The position numbers were made by a program, and so were the translations under genes. From assembly GCF_016712865.1 (NCBI RefSeq), contig NZ_JADJQH010000004.1: a stretch of DNA of 64,000 bases; one strand, given 5' to 3'. The stretch comes from Dokdonella sp. Lineage in GTDB: Bacteria; Pseudomonadota; Gammaproteobacteria; Xanthomonadales; Rhodanobacteraceae. The notes below the pieces were generated by a model. That model had not been told where the DNA came from, searched no databases, and saw only the letters and a list, made by a program, of their open reading frames with translations. Shown in pieces: positions 34,780 to 44,659 of this stretch; within the stretch, counting starts at the first letter, position 1; the number at the start of each line of letters is the position of its first letter.

Positions 34780-36567
34780 ATGAAGCAGTGGCTCGGCGGT
34801 TTGCTGGTATTCGCATTGATGGCGCAAGTGCCACTGCATGCGCAGGAGCCGGTTGCTTCGAGCGCCGACCTCAAGTTCAAGGCGATCTACGAGAAGGAAT
34901 GGGCGTGGCGCAAGACCCAGTTCCCCAGCATGCAGGATGAAGGCGAAACCGGCATGCGGGTCGATCATCTGCCGCGCGTCGACGCAGAAAGCCAGCGTGA
35001 ACGCCGACGTATCTGGGAAGACGTGCTCGCACAGCTGGACCAGTTGCCGGTTGCCGAGCTTTCCGCGGCCGAGCGCATCAACCTTGCGATCTATCGCCCG
35101 CAAGTTTCAGACCTCGCCGACAACGTGCGCTTCGGCAGTTACGAGATGCCGTTCAACTCCGATTCCTCGTTCTGGTCCGATCTGGGCTTCATCACGCGCA
35201 AACCCATGCGCAAGACCGAGGATGTCGAGGCCTACCTGAAACTGCTTGCAGATATCCCCCGCTATTTTGACGAGCAGACCGCCAACATGCGCGCCGGCCT
35301 CAAGCGCGGCTTCAGCGTGCCGCGGGAGGTGCTGGCCGGTCGCGACGTTTCCATCGCGGCCGTGGCGGATCTGACCGATGCGGAAAAGAGCGAGTTCTAC
35401 AAGCCACTCGTCGAGCTGCCGTCGACGATTGCCGTCGAGCGCCAGGAGCAATTGCGTGCGCAGGCACGCAGCGTGATTGGCGATGAGGTCATCCCGGCGT
35501 TTTCCCGCCTGCTCACCTTCTTCCGCGACGAATACATGCACAAGGCGCGCAAAACCCTGGCGGCCAAGGCCATGCCCAACGGCAAGGCCTGGTACCGGCA
35601 GCAGATCCACGAGTACACCACGCTCGAGCTGGATGCCGAGGCAATCCATCGCATCGGCCTGGACGAAGTGGCGCGCATCCATGCGCAGATGCTTTCGACC
35701 ATGCAGGCCAGCGGCTTCAAGGGCAGCTTTGCCGAGTTCCTCACGTTCCTGCGAAGCGATCCGCAGTTCTATGCGAAGACACCGGAAGAACTGCTGATGC
35801 GCGCGGCCTGGATCGCCAAGCGGGTTGATGCCAAGTTGTCGCGCTTTTTCGGCACCCTGCCGCGCGCCCGTTTCGGCATTGAACCGGTTCCCGCCGACAT
35901 TGCCCCGTTCTGGACCGCGGGCCGAGGCGGCGCCACCACCTACTGGCTGAACACCTACAACCTGCCGTCGCGGCCGCTGTACAACCTGCCGGCGCTGACC
36001 CTTCATGAGTCGGCACCCGGACATTCCATGCAGCTGTCGCTGGCCGAGGAGCAGACCACGCAACCGGAGTTCCGTCGCAACAACTACATTTCAGCCTACG
36101 GTGAAGGATGGGGCCTGTACGCGGAAAAGCTCGGCACGGAGATGGGCATCTACACCACACCCTACGAGGATTTCGGACGCCTCACCTACGAAATGTGGCG
36201 CGCCTGCCGCCTGGTCATCGACACCGGCATCCACCACAAGGGCTGGAGCCGCGAACAGGCGCTTGCCTATCTTCGCGACCACACCGCGCTCAGCGAGCAC
36301 GAGGTGGAAACGGAAGTGGACCGCTACATTTCCTGGCCTGCGCAGGCGCTCAGCTACAAGCTCGGCGAGATCCGCATCGTCGCCTTGCGCGCGGAAGCGG
36401 AGAAGGAACTCGGCAGCGACTTCGACATCCGCGCATTCCACGACGCACTGTTGGCGCAAGGCTCGGTTCCGTTACCGGTTCTCGACCAGCAGATTCGCCA
36501 GTTCATCGCCGATCGCAAGGCAGCGGCATCCCGCTCGGCAACCCCGGCGGATCAAGCGGTGCACTGA
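34780..36567 (+). CDS. DUF885 family protein (secreted, metallopeptidase-like HExxH)
   Basis: ATG 34780 after GGAGAGA. Signal peptide MKQWLGGLLVFALMAQVPLHA. HESAPGHSMQ motif. Confidence 0.8.
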   Translation: MKQWLGGLLVFALMAQVPLHAQEPVASSADLKFKAIYEKEWAWRKTQFPSMQDEGETGMRVDHLPRVDAESQRERRRIWEDVLAQLDQLPVAELSAAERINLAIYRPQVSDLADNVRFGSYEMPFNSDSSFWSDLGFITRKPMRKTEDVEAYLKLLADIPRYFDEQTANMRAGLKRGFSVPREVLAGRDVSIAAVADLTDAEKSEFYKPLVELPSTIAVERQEQLRAQARSVIGDEVIPAFSRLLTFFRDEYMHKARKTLAAKAMPNGKAWYRQQIHEYTTLELDAEAIHRIGLDEVARIHAQMLSTMQASGFKGSFAEFLTFLRSDPQFYAKTPEELLMRAAWIAKRVDAKLSRFFGTLPRARFGIEPVPADIAPFWTAGRGGATTYWLNTYNLPSRPLYNLPALTLHESAPGHSMQLSLAEEQTTQPEFRRNNYISAYGEGWGLYAEKLGTEMGIYTTPYEDFGRLTYEMWRACRLVIDTGIHHKGWSREQALAYLRDHTALSEHEVETEVDRYISWPAQALSYKLGEIRIVALRAEAEKELGSDFDIRAFHDALLAQGSVPLPVLDQQIRQFIADRKAAASRSATPADQAVH

Positions 36568-36584
36568 TCCGCTTCGTGGATGTC

Positions 36585-37277
36585 GGCTGGCTTGGGGCAA
36601 GGCGGAAAAGCAGGCTCCGTTCGTGGTGAGCCCCCAAAATCCGTTCGTGGTGAGCCAGAGCCTGTCCTGAGCCCTTCGACTCTGCTCAGGACAGGCTTGT
36701 CGAAGGGAACCATGAACGGGCTCGTGCCAAGATCCGCGCATGCTTCGAGCGGCCAAGAGCGAAACCTAATCCGGATTGCGCTGCGCTTCATCCGGGCACG
36801 CCACTGGCTTGGGGCAAGGCGGAAATGCAGGCTCCGTTCGTGGTGAGGAGGCGACGTCGAGACCGAAGGTCGAGCGCCGCCGTCTCGAACCACGCGTCAA
36901 CCCGCTCTGTCGACCATCAAGTCAGCGCTTATCAAGTCCTGCTTGTCCGGAGACCATCTACAAATGAGCGCATGGCGCCTTCGTTCCGTTCATGGTTCGA
37001 CGAGCTCACCACGAACGGAAGGGGTGAGGGCCGTTCATGGATCGACAGGCCTGTCCTGAGATTCTATGTTGCCGGTCAACCAGCACTGAGCAAGAAAATT
37101 CCGTTCGTGGTGAGCCCCCACAATCCGTTCGTGGTGAGCTTGTCGAACCATGAACGGGCTCGCGCCGAAATCCGTTCATTTCCCGACTGGGTCGGAATGA
37201 CATTTTCCCCGAATTCCGCCCGTGGTGAGCCCTTCGACTCTGCTCAGGGCAGGCCTGTCGAAGGGAACCATGAGCGG
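36585..37277. repeat. ~0.7-kb array of family B intergenic repeats
   Basis: At least 6 ccgttcgtggtgag units. ggcttggggcaaggcggaaa(a/t)gcaggctccgttcgtggtgag repeated at 36588 and 36806. gagcccttcgactctgctcagg(a/g)caggc(t/c)tgtcgaagggaaccatga palindromes at 36669 and 37227. Confidence 0.85.
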
Positions 37278-37396
37278 AGCCAGGGCATTGCCTACTCACC
37301 CCTCAACCCATTCGGAACGAGCGAGACCTGTCCCGCGTTGCCTTGGTCCTGCTGCTTGAGGCGAGTTGCACCAGCCATTCTCGTCACGCAGGGCGA

Positions 37397-38080
37397 TCAG
37401 GACTTGGGCTTGGAGGGTGGTTTCCTGGTGGCGGCCTTTTCCGCTTCGCTTTGCGCCTTGGCCTGGCGTACCCATTCGGCAAAGATCTCGGCGCGCGCCT
37501 CGCGCTTGCTGGGTGCCTCCGCGCTGTCCTTTGCTTCCGCGTCCGCTTCGGCATCGGCATTTCCGGCGTCGATGAAGCGGAGCAGGCGATCCATTTGCCC
37601 GCTGAGAACCTGATCCACGCCACTGGCCCATTGCTCCAGCCCGCTTTCGGCTGCACCGCTGACCCGGTAGCTGAGCTTGAGCAGGGTGGTTTCCTCATCT
37701 TGCGGGGTCAGCTCAAATTCGAGCACGGCAGTCAGTGGCTGGGCCTGCAAAGGGCCAAGCGCCGCGTACAGGCGAAGCAATTCGTTCTTGCTGGCCATGA
37801 TCACGCGACCGTGCTCGGCACTGCCACTTGCCCAGCGCTCGCAGAAGCAGCCGCCGGCGGAAGCGTTCAAGCTCAGGTTGGCCGATGCGCCCGACCAGGT
37901 GTGTGCGGGATCCCACCAACGTTCCACGGCAACGATCGCGCTGTACAGGCGCACCGCGCTGGCCTCGGCGCGCGCCGGAATCTCGATCTGGAACGAACCG
38001 GGTCTTGTCTGCGTGACCTCGGCGCGCGCCGTGCCGGCGACCGCCAGCAGAGCTGCAAAAAGCGTGAAAGCATGCGTCAT
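37397..38080 (-). CDS. Secreted SRPBCC (START/AHSA1-like) superfamily protein with charged C-terminal tail
   Basis: GGAG SD. Signal peptide MTHAFTLFAALLAVAGTARA. ...VERWWDPAHTWSG... Tail DAEADAEAKDSAEAPSKREARAE...KPPSKPKS. Confidence 0.7.
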   Translation of the reverse strand: MTHAFTLFAALLAVAGTARAEVTQTRPGSFQIEIPARAEASAVRLYSAIVAVERWWDPAHTWSGASANLSLNASAGGCFCERWASGSAEHGRVIMASKNELLRLYAALGPLQAQPLTAVLEFELTPQDEETTLLKLSYRVSGAAESGLEQWASGVDQVLSGQMDRLLRFIDAGNADAEADAEAKDSAEAPSKREARAEIFAEWVRQAKAQSEAEKAATRKPPSKPKS

Positions 38081-38145
38081 GAGGTGCTCCGGTTTGCCTG
38101 TGATGTGCCCTTGTAATGAGCCAGCAGCTCAAGTTCAAGCACGCC

Positions 38146-39036
38146 TCAGGTATCGGCGTCCGTAGCCCAGCCTTCGCCGGTTCCGCGCTGGATGATGACG
38201 TCGGTGCTGCGCGCTTCGCCGGCGGGTATGGCCTCGCGCGTGGCGAGCTCGGCATAGATCGGCACGAAATCCGGCCGCGTCGCCTCCATCAATTGCTCGA
38301 AGCTGTCGATCACGAAATAGGTTTTCTGGTAGGTGTCGATGCGATAGCGCGTCTGCATGATGCGCTTCATGTCGAAACCGATGCGGTTGGGCGCCGCCGA
38401 CTCCAGGCAGTGGATGGATTCGCCCTTGGAGGAAACGATGCCCGAGCCGTAGATGCGCAGTTCGCCATGCTGGCGGATCAGGCCAAACTCGACGGTGTAC
38501 CAGTACAGCCGCGTCAGGTTGACCAGTGCTTGCGCACTGACGCCATGCGCCTTGACGCCGCCACGACCGTAGGCGGCCATGTAGTCGGCGAACACCGGAT
38601 TGAGCAACAAGGGTACGTGGCCGAACAGGTCATGGAACATGTCCGGTTCGGAGATGTAATCGATCTGGTCGGGGCGACGGATCCACCAGGTCACCGGAAA
38701 GCGGCGGTTGGCCAGATGCTCGAAGAAATCGAGTTCCGGCAACAGGCCCTCGACGCCGATCAGCTTCCAGCCCGTGGCCGGTCCGAGCACGGCATTGAGA
38801 TCTTCGAACTTCGGAATCCGCTCCGGGTTCATGCCGAAGCGCTGCTGGTTCTCGATGAACTCGCGGCAGGCGCGGCCTTGCAACACCTCGCGCTGGCGAC
38901 GGAACAGGAAAGCCCAGGTCGCGTGGTCCTGCTCGGAATAGCTGTCCCAGGGCTGCTCGACGATGGTGGTGGTGTAGACCGGCACATTGCCCTTGTCGGT
39001 CACCAGACTTTCAACACGGCGCGGCGCACTGGACAT
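38146..39036 (-). CDS. phhA: Phenylalanine 4-monooxygenase
   Basis: EPDMFHDLFGHVPLLLNPVFADYM, WYTVEFGL, iron-binding H-x4-H. ATG 39036. Confidence 0.9.
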   Translation of the reverse strand: MSSAPRRVESLVTDKGNVPVYTTTIVEQPWDSYSEQDHATWAFLFRRQREVLQGRACREFIENQQRFGMNPERIPKFEDLNAVLGPATGWKLIGVEGLLPELDFFEHLANRRFPVTWWIRRPDQIDYISEPDMFHDLFGHVPLLLNPVFADYMAAYGRGGVKAHGVSAQALVNLTRLYWYTVEFGLIRQHGELRIYGSGIVSSKGESIHCLESAAPNRIGFDMKRIMQTRYRIDTYQKTYFVIDSFEQLMEATRPDFVPIYAELATREAIPAGEARSTDVIIQRGTGEGWATDADT

Positions 39037-39162
39037 GGTTCGAATCCGGTTGGAATCAGCCTTCCATCTTATTGCGTCCAGCTCGCAAGAGGTTTGCAAT
39101 CTTGCGATCCTGTTCCATCATGGCGCATATTTCGTGCGTGAATCACGCATCTGGATCAAGAA

Positions 39163-39648
39163 ATGAGCGCAGCTCCGATTGCCACCCTGGATCGAGTCGA
39201 CCGCCAGTTGCTGGCCGTCCTGCAAAGAGAAGGCCGCGCCACCAACGCGGAACTCGCCGCCGCGGTGAATCTTTCGGCCTCGGCCTGCCTGCGCCGGGTG
39301 CAGAGGCTTGAGGCCGAAGGCGTCATCGCCGGCTATGCGGCGCTGGTCGATCCGCAGGCCGTGGGCCTGGGTCTGCAGGCTTTTGTCCGCATCCAGCTGG
39401 AAAAGCACGGCAACGAGGAAGTTCAGCATTTCGTCGAACGCGTGCAGGGCTGGAGCGAAGTGATTGCCTGCCACGCACTCACCGGCGAGATGGACTACCT
39501 GCTGCACATCGTGGTCAGCGACCTCGAACACTTCTCGCGCTTCCTGCTCGACAAGCTGCTCAACGCATCGGGCGTGGCCGACGTGAACTCCAGCTTCGTG
39601 TTGCGCACCGTCAAGCAAACCCGAGAGTTGCCCATTGCGGTGGCGTGA
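39163..39648 (+). CDS. Lrp/AsnC family transcriptional regulator
   Basis: LDRVDRQLLAVLQREGRATNAELAAAVNLSASACLRRVQRLEAEGVI, divergent from phhA. Confidence 0.9.
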   Translation: MSAAPIATLDRVDRQLLAVLQREGRATNAELAAAVNLSASACLRRVQRLEAEGVIAGYAALVDPQAVGLGLQAFVRIQLEKHGNEEVQHFVERVQGWSEVIACHALTGEMDYLLHIVVSDLEHFSRFLLDKLLNASGVADVNSSFVLRTVKQTRELPIAVA

Positions 39649-39692
39649 TTTGCGCGCGCAATGAAGCATGATCAGTGTTGCCTTGGAGCTGC

Positions 39693-41360
39693 TCAGTGGC
39701 ACTCATCGGCGCTGCGATTGCACAGGAACCTTGGAACGCGACGTCCTGCACGAACCTCGTCGCTGACATCAACGAAGTTGTCGTTCTGCCAGGCCAGGTA
39801 GTACGCAGGGGTGCCGATGTTGATCTTCGAATCGGACATCAGGTTCAGGCCAACAAAGTAACCGCGCCCGATGGCTGAAGAAGAATGCTTGAAGGTGTGC
39901 CCGTGCGCAAACTGCAAAGGTAGCCAGAAACCTGGATCGGGATCATCCACGCTGGTGATGTGATACCAGGGCGTATGCTCGGTCTGGATCAGGCAGCGCC
40001 CGATGGCATCCAGTTCCGGATAGGTGGCCTTGATAGCTTCGTCTGAAACCCAGGTGAATGCCCAGTTCTTCACATCCAGCAGGTAGATTTGACATCCGGG
40101 TTGCTTGAGCTGGAACGTCCGAATGTGTGCGTTGGCCGATTGCACCAGATCGCGTTGAAGCAGGGTTTCATTGCGGTATTGCCTGAGCAAATGTTGCGAA
40201 GCACCGAGCCAGGCCAGAACAAGCAGGCTGAACATCAGGGATGACATGCCGACAACAACCCGTCCGCGCTGGCCCAGCGGCTCCAGCACACCTGCCATGG
40301 CAATCAGGAAACCGGCAAGGGTGGTGTAGAAATAGCGTGAGTTGACCACCCTTTCGATCACTTTCGCATCGTCGGCGAACGGGATGGTGATGAAGCCGAG
40401 CAGGGGCCATTGCAGCAATGCCGTCGCGGCAACCACACTCATCCCCAACGCAATCATCAGCACGCGTCGGCGTGTCCATGGCTGGAAAAGTGCAACTATT
40501 ACAAGAAAGGCAAGCAATGCAAGTCCGCTGGCCGTTGCGAATGCGCGCCAGCCATGCATTTGTTGCCAGTAGCTGGAATATTGGATCCAACCAGCGGCCC
40601 AGTGACTTACGCCATCACTCAGCAGCTGCAAGGGCGAATTGAGCGTCATCAATGCACCGCCAGTCGGACTCGACAACACCATGCTGCGTGCAAACCAATA
40701 TCCCGCCAATAACAGCAGCAACACTGCAACGGCGCGCCAGCGCAGTGCAAGGCGCAGGTCTCGGGAGAAAACCAGCACATAGCCTGCTGTGGTCAGCACC
40801 AGCGCCAGGCCGATTTCCTTGGACAGCAAGGAAAGCCCGAGCAAGACGGTGCAAGCAGCGAGACTGCGCGAACTGGCCGTGTCACTGAAATCCAGCGCAC
40901 AGCGCAAACCCAGCAAGCCAAACAGCAGGGACAGCAGATCAAAGCGATCGGACAGCCAGGCTGCCGTGCCCAGGCCAATTGGGTGGCTGGCAAAGGCGAT
41001 GGCCGCGAGCAACGCCAGCCAACGATTTTCTGCCAGTTTGAGAATGACCGAATACAGCGCCGCGGCAACACAAAGGTGCAGGCCAAGGTTGAGCATGTAA
41101 TGGAGTGATGCCGTGGTGCCGAACAGGCGCTCACTCAGCCACCACAGCAACATTCCGACCGGACGGTAGAACACGCCACCGGGAACATGCTGTTGGTAAA
41201 AAGGTTGCAACGGGCTTTCAAGGAATCGGGCAATGGACATCATGCCGAAATCATCCAGCATGAAGTAGCCGCCAAACGCCGCGCGAAAAGCAATCACCAC
41301 GGCCAACGTTGCCATGAGCGCGGTGCTCAAAAGTAGCGTGTTTCTTTGGGGGGATTTCAA
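39693..41360 (-). CDS. GT-C fold membrane glycosyltransferase-like protein (PMT/ArnT/TMTC-like) with C-terminal soluble domain
   Basis: 555-aa ORF (TTG start; ATG 41315 is an alternative). ~11 hydrophobic segments. Early FMLDDFGMM loop motif. Visibly lower G+C than the neighbours. Confidence 0.65.
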   Translation of the reverse strand: MKSPQRNTLLLSTALMATLAVVIAFRAAFGGYFMLDDFGMMSIARFLESPLQPFYQQHVPGGVFYRPVGMLLWWLSERLFGTTASLHYMLNLGLHLCVAAALYSVILKLAENRWLALLAAIAFASHPIGLGTAAWLSDRFDLLSLLFGLLGLRCALDFSDTASSRSLAACTVLLGLSLLSKEIGLALVLTTAGYVLVFSRDLRLALRWRAVAVLLLLLAGYWFARSMVLSSPTGGALMTLNSPLQLLSDGVSHWAAGWIQYSSYWQQMHGWRAFATASGLALLAFLVIVALFQPWTRRRVLMIALGMSVVAATALLQWPLLGFITIPFADDAKVIERVVNSRYFYTTLAGFLIAMAGVLEPLGQRGRVVVGMSSLMFSLLVLAWLGASQHLLRQYRNETLLQRDLVQSANAHIRTFQLKQPGCQIYLLDVKNWAFTWVSDEAIKATYPELDAIGRCLIQTEHTPWYHITSVDDPDPGFWLPLQFAHGHTFKHSSSAIGRGYFVGLNLMSDSKINIGTPAYYLAWQNDNFVDVSDEVRAGRRVPRFLCNRSADECH

Positions 41361-41461
41361 AGGCTCGAATCTGAAGCCGCGACAGCGCGCGATTCTACTT
41401 GCTCAGGTTGGCCACACACAGCTTTTGCCAGCAGGCAAACCGGACAGGTGTCGTCCGGTAA

Positions 41462-42259
41462 TCAATGCAGCGTGCGAGGCTTGCCGGTTTCCGGACTGCG
41501 AGGGGGAAATTCCAGAATGCGCGAGGTCTCAACTCCCGGATCATCGCGCCGCCACAGCACGGGTACCTCATGCGGGCGTGGCAATTCCCATTCGTCATCC
41601 TCGACATGTTCCTCGTCTTCCTCGTCTTCCCATTGATAGCGCTTGGGTACGGGTTTCGGATCCAGGCGGAACAAGAGCAGCGAACACAGGGCACCGGCAA
41701 TGGCTCCGGCCAGGTGATATTCGAACGACACATGTTCCTCGCGCGGCAACACCGTGAGCACCATGCTGCCGTAAAAGAAGAACACCACCAGTGAGATGGC
41801 GATGCCGAGCCGGTCACGCCGCCACAGCCCGCTCAGGAACAGGAAGAACATCAGGCCGTGGTTGACCCCGCTCATGCCGACGTGCACGGATTCGCGCGCA
41901 AACAGCCACACGCCCGCGCCCGAGAGCAGCCAGATCATTGGCAAGGCCGCGCGTGCCGCACGCGGATAGGCATACAGGGTCAGGGTGGACAGCAGCGCCA
42001 GCGGCAGGGTATTGGAAACCAGATGCTCGAACGAGGCATGCGCCAGTGGCGCGGTGAGGATGCCGATCATGCCGTGCAACTGGCGCGGTTCGATGCCGAG
42101 GTCGTCCAGCGACCAGCCCAGCAGCCAGCAACCCAGCCAGACCAGCCAGATTCCAAGCAGCAAGCTGGCCGCGCCGAGCACGGCATAGCGGATCCGGTCC
42201 CGATCAAGGCGGGCTGCAGAGCGACCGGGTTCGGGACTGGGTGGGGCAATGTCCATCAT
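41462..42259 (-). CDS. Rhomboid family intramembrane serine protease with acidic C-terminal tail
   Basis: GMSGVNHGLMFF (GxSG) and HLAGAIAGAL (catalytic His helix). Tail YQWEDEEDEEHVEDDEWELP. Confidence 0.8.
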   Translation of the reverse strand: MMDIAPPSPEPGRSAARLDRDRIRYAVLGAASLLLGIWLVWLGCWLLGWSLDDLGIEPRQLHGMIGILTAPLAHASFEHLVSNTLPLALLSTLTLYAYPRAARAALPMIWLLSGAGVWLFARESVHVGMSGVNHGLMFFLFLSGLWRRDRLGIAISLVVFFFYGSMVLTVLPREEHVSFEYHLAGAIAGALCSLLLFRLDPKPVPKRYQWEDEEDEEHVEDDEWELPRPHEVPVLWRRDDPGVETSRILEFPPRSPETGKPRTLH

Positions 42260-42378
42260 TGACAGGTTGGGACAGTGCAGGGCCAGCGCAAGGCTTGCCG
42301 GCGAGGCGCCGCCGCATTGTCAGGGCTTGGCTCGAATTTTGCTGAGGTCTGCGCACCAAGCAGTTGAATCGCAAAGAA

Positions 42379-43563
42379 ATGAATTTTCACATTCCCACCG
42401 CCATGCTGTTGACGGCGATCACCACGTTGATCATGGGCCTGTCGCTGGCGTTCACGGTCACCGATTACCCGCGTGCCTTGCAGGTGCCCATTCGCCAATG
42501 GGTGCGCAGCCTGCTGGTCTCGCCGTTTGCCTTCCTGCTGTTTGCCCTGCGCGAGCGCATTCCGGATTGGGCCTCGATCGTACTGGCCAACGTGCTGCTG
42601 ATCGTTTCCACGACGCTGCTGGTGCAGGCCCTGCGCAGCTACAACCGCCTCGGCAGCCTGCGCGCGTGGAGCGTCGCCAACATCGCCATCACCCTGGCAG
42701 CCGTCAGCGTCATGACCTATGTGTGGCCAAGCATCGCGGGGCGCACCCTTCTGGTGGCCGGACAACTCGCGGTTTTGTTTGTTTTCGGCATCGCGGCCAT
42801 CTACCGGCCCGCCGACCAGGTCACCAATCCAGAGCGCATGGTGGCGTCGTTCCTGGTTGTCGGCGTGCTGGTGATGATCCTGCGCATGACCTATGCCTCC
42901 GATCCGCTGATGACCACCTTGCTCGATTCCACGCCGATGCAGAGCATCGTGTTCACCTACGGGGCGTTGATGCCGGTCATCGCAACCTCGGGTTTCCTGT
43001 TGATGTGCGGCCAGCGCCTGAACAAGGATCTGGCGCGATTGGCAACCCTTGATCCGCTGACCGAGGTGTTCAATCGCCGCACCATGACCGACCTTGCCAA
43101 CAAGGCGGTGGCCGCCAGCAAGCGACACGGGCGTCCGTTGTCGCTGTTGATCCTCGACATCGACCATTTCAAGCGCATCAATGACGAGTTTGGCCATGAA
43201 GCCGGCGATTTGGCCTTGTGCCGATTCGTCGAGCTGGTTCGCGAAATGCTGCGCAGCAGTGATGTGGTTGCGCGCATCGGTGGCGAGGAGTTCGTGGTCC
43301 TGTTGCCGGATACCGACCAGGCCTCGGCCGCGGTATTGGCGGAGCGCATCCGCCAGCACCTGCATGCCACCGAATTCACGGTCAGTGGTTGGCCGGTACC
43401 CCTGCGCGTATCCATCGGCGTGGGGTCGATCGGCCCCGAGGTCAGCAACCTGGAAAGCCTGCTGCGTGAAGCGGACCATGCCATGTATGAAGCCAAGCGC
43501 ACCGGGCGCGACCGCGTGGTGCTGGCCGCTGACCTGCGTGCGGCGAGCAAAAGCGAGTCCTGA
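42379..43563 (+). CDS. Diguanylate cyclase (GGDEF) with N-terminal multi-TM domain
   Basis: RIGGEEFVVLL, DIDHFKRINDEFGH, six N-terminal hydrophobic segments. ATG 42379 (TTG 42364 in the ORF track). Confidence 0.88.
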   Translation: MNFHIPTAMLLTAITTLIMGLSLAFTVTDYPRALQVPIRQWVRSLLVSPFAFLLFALRERIPDWASIVLANVLLIVSTTLLVQALRSYNRLGSLRAWSVANIAITLAAVSVMTYVWPSIAGRTLLVAGQLAVLFVFGIAAIYRPADQVTNPERMVASFLVVGVLVMILRMTYASDPLMTTLLDSTPMQSIVFTYGALMPVIATSGFLLMCGQRLNKDLARLATLDPLTEVFNRRTMTDLANKAVAASKRHGRPLSLLILDIDHFKRINDEFGHEAGDLALCRFVELVREMLRSSDVVARIGGEEFVVLLPDTDQASAAVLAERIRQHLHATEFTVSGWPVPLRVSIGVGSIGPEVSNLESLLREADHAMYEAKRTGRDRVVLAADLRAASKSES

Positions 43564-43614
43564 CAGGCTGTTGAACAATACCCGGGCTGCCCTTCCCCGG
43601 CGCTGGCGGGTAAA

Positions 43615-44571
43615 TCAGCGATTTGCTTCGGCTGGAGGAATCAGGCGGCTGGCAACGAGCGAGCCACCGATGAGCACGGCCACCATGCCCAGCGACAGCC
43701 CGATCGGCACCTTCCAGACATCCACGATCAACATTTTCGTGCCGATGAAAACCAGCACGGCAGCCAGTCCGTAATTGAGCAGGTGGAAGCGCTCGGACAT
43801 GCCGGCAATCAGGAAGTACAGGGCGCGCAAGCCAAGCACGGCGAACACATTGGACGACAGCACGATGAAAGGATCTTCGGTGATGGCGAAAATGGCGGGG
43901 ATGGAATCCACCGCAAAGATCACGTCGGTCACCGCCAGCAGCATGATCACCAGGAACATCGGCGTGAAGTAGCGCACGCCCTCTTTCATCACCGACAACG
44001 ATGTGCCGTGGTATTCGTTGGTCAGGCGCAGATGGCTGCGCATCCAGCGCAGCATCGGATTGCTGTCGAAATCGGTTTCGTCATTGGGCGCGCGCACCAT
44101 CTGGATGCCGGTATAAACCAGGAATGCGCCGAACAGGTACAGGATCCAGTGGTAGCGCGAGATCAGTGCGGCACCGATGAAGATGAGGATGGCGCGCAGC
44201 ACGATGGCGCCAAGAATGCCGACCATCAACGCGCGCTGTTGCAGCTCCGCACTGACCCCGAAGCGGGTGAAGATCAGCAGGAACACGAAGATGTTGTCGA
44301 TGGCCAGGGCCTTTTCGACGACATAACCGGTAAGGAACTGCAAGGCCGTTTCATTGGCCAGCGCAGGATCGCCGCGTTGCCCGAGCCAGTACCAGAGGCC
44401 CAGGTTGAACAGCATGGCCAGCACGATCCAGGCGATGCTCCAGATCGCCGCTTCCTTGTAGGAAACCTTGTGCGCGCCACCGGCCCGCATCACCGCAAAG
44501 TCGATGACCAAGGCGATCACGACAAGCAGGCTGAATGCGAGCCAGAGCCCGGGCGTACCGATGGTGTGCAT
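43615..44571 (-). CDS. TerC family membrane protein (Alx/MntP-context Mn-responsive type)
   Basis: ATG 44571 after GGAG. FLTGYVVEKALAIDNIFVF and AVDSIPAIFAIT TerC motifs. Confidence 0.88.
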   Translation of the reverse strand: MHTIGTPGLWLAFSLLVVIALVIDFAVMRAGGAHKVSYKEAAIWSIAWIVLAMLFNLGLWYWLGQRGDPALANETALQFLTGYVVEKALAIDNIFVFLLIFTRFGVSAELQQRALMVGILGAIVLRAILIFIGAALISRYHWILYLFGAFLVYTGIQMVRAPNDETDFDSNPMLRWMRSHLRLTNEYHGTSLSVMKEGVRYFTPMFLVIMLLAVTDVIFAVDSIPAIFAITEDPFIVLSSNVFAVLGLRALYFLIAGMSERFHLLNYGLAAVLVFIGTKMLIVDVWKVPIGLSLGMVAVLIGGSLVASRLIPPAEANR

Positions 44572-44593
44572 GTGACAGCTCCAGAAACAGGAA

Positions 44594-44625
44594 AGGCCCC
44601 GCGCCGGAGACGGCGCATGGGGCCT
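44594..44625 (-). terminator. Hairpin between the riboswitch aptamer and the terC start (candidate expression platform/terminator)
   Basis: Minus strand AGGCCCC-AT-GCGCC-gtctcc-GGCGC-GGGGCCT, followed by TTCCTGTTTCTGG. Confidence 0.5.
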
Positions 44626-44659
44626 CGTCGGGATACGGGCACCCTTCACCGTCGTACGG

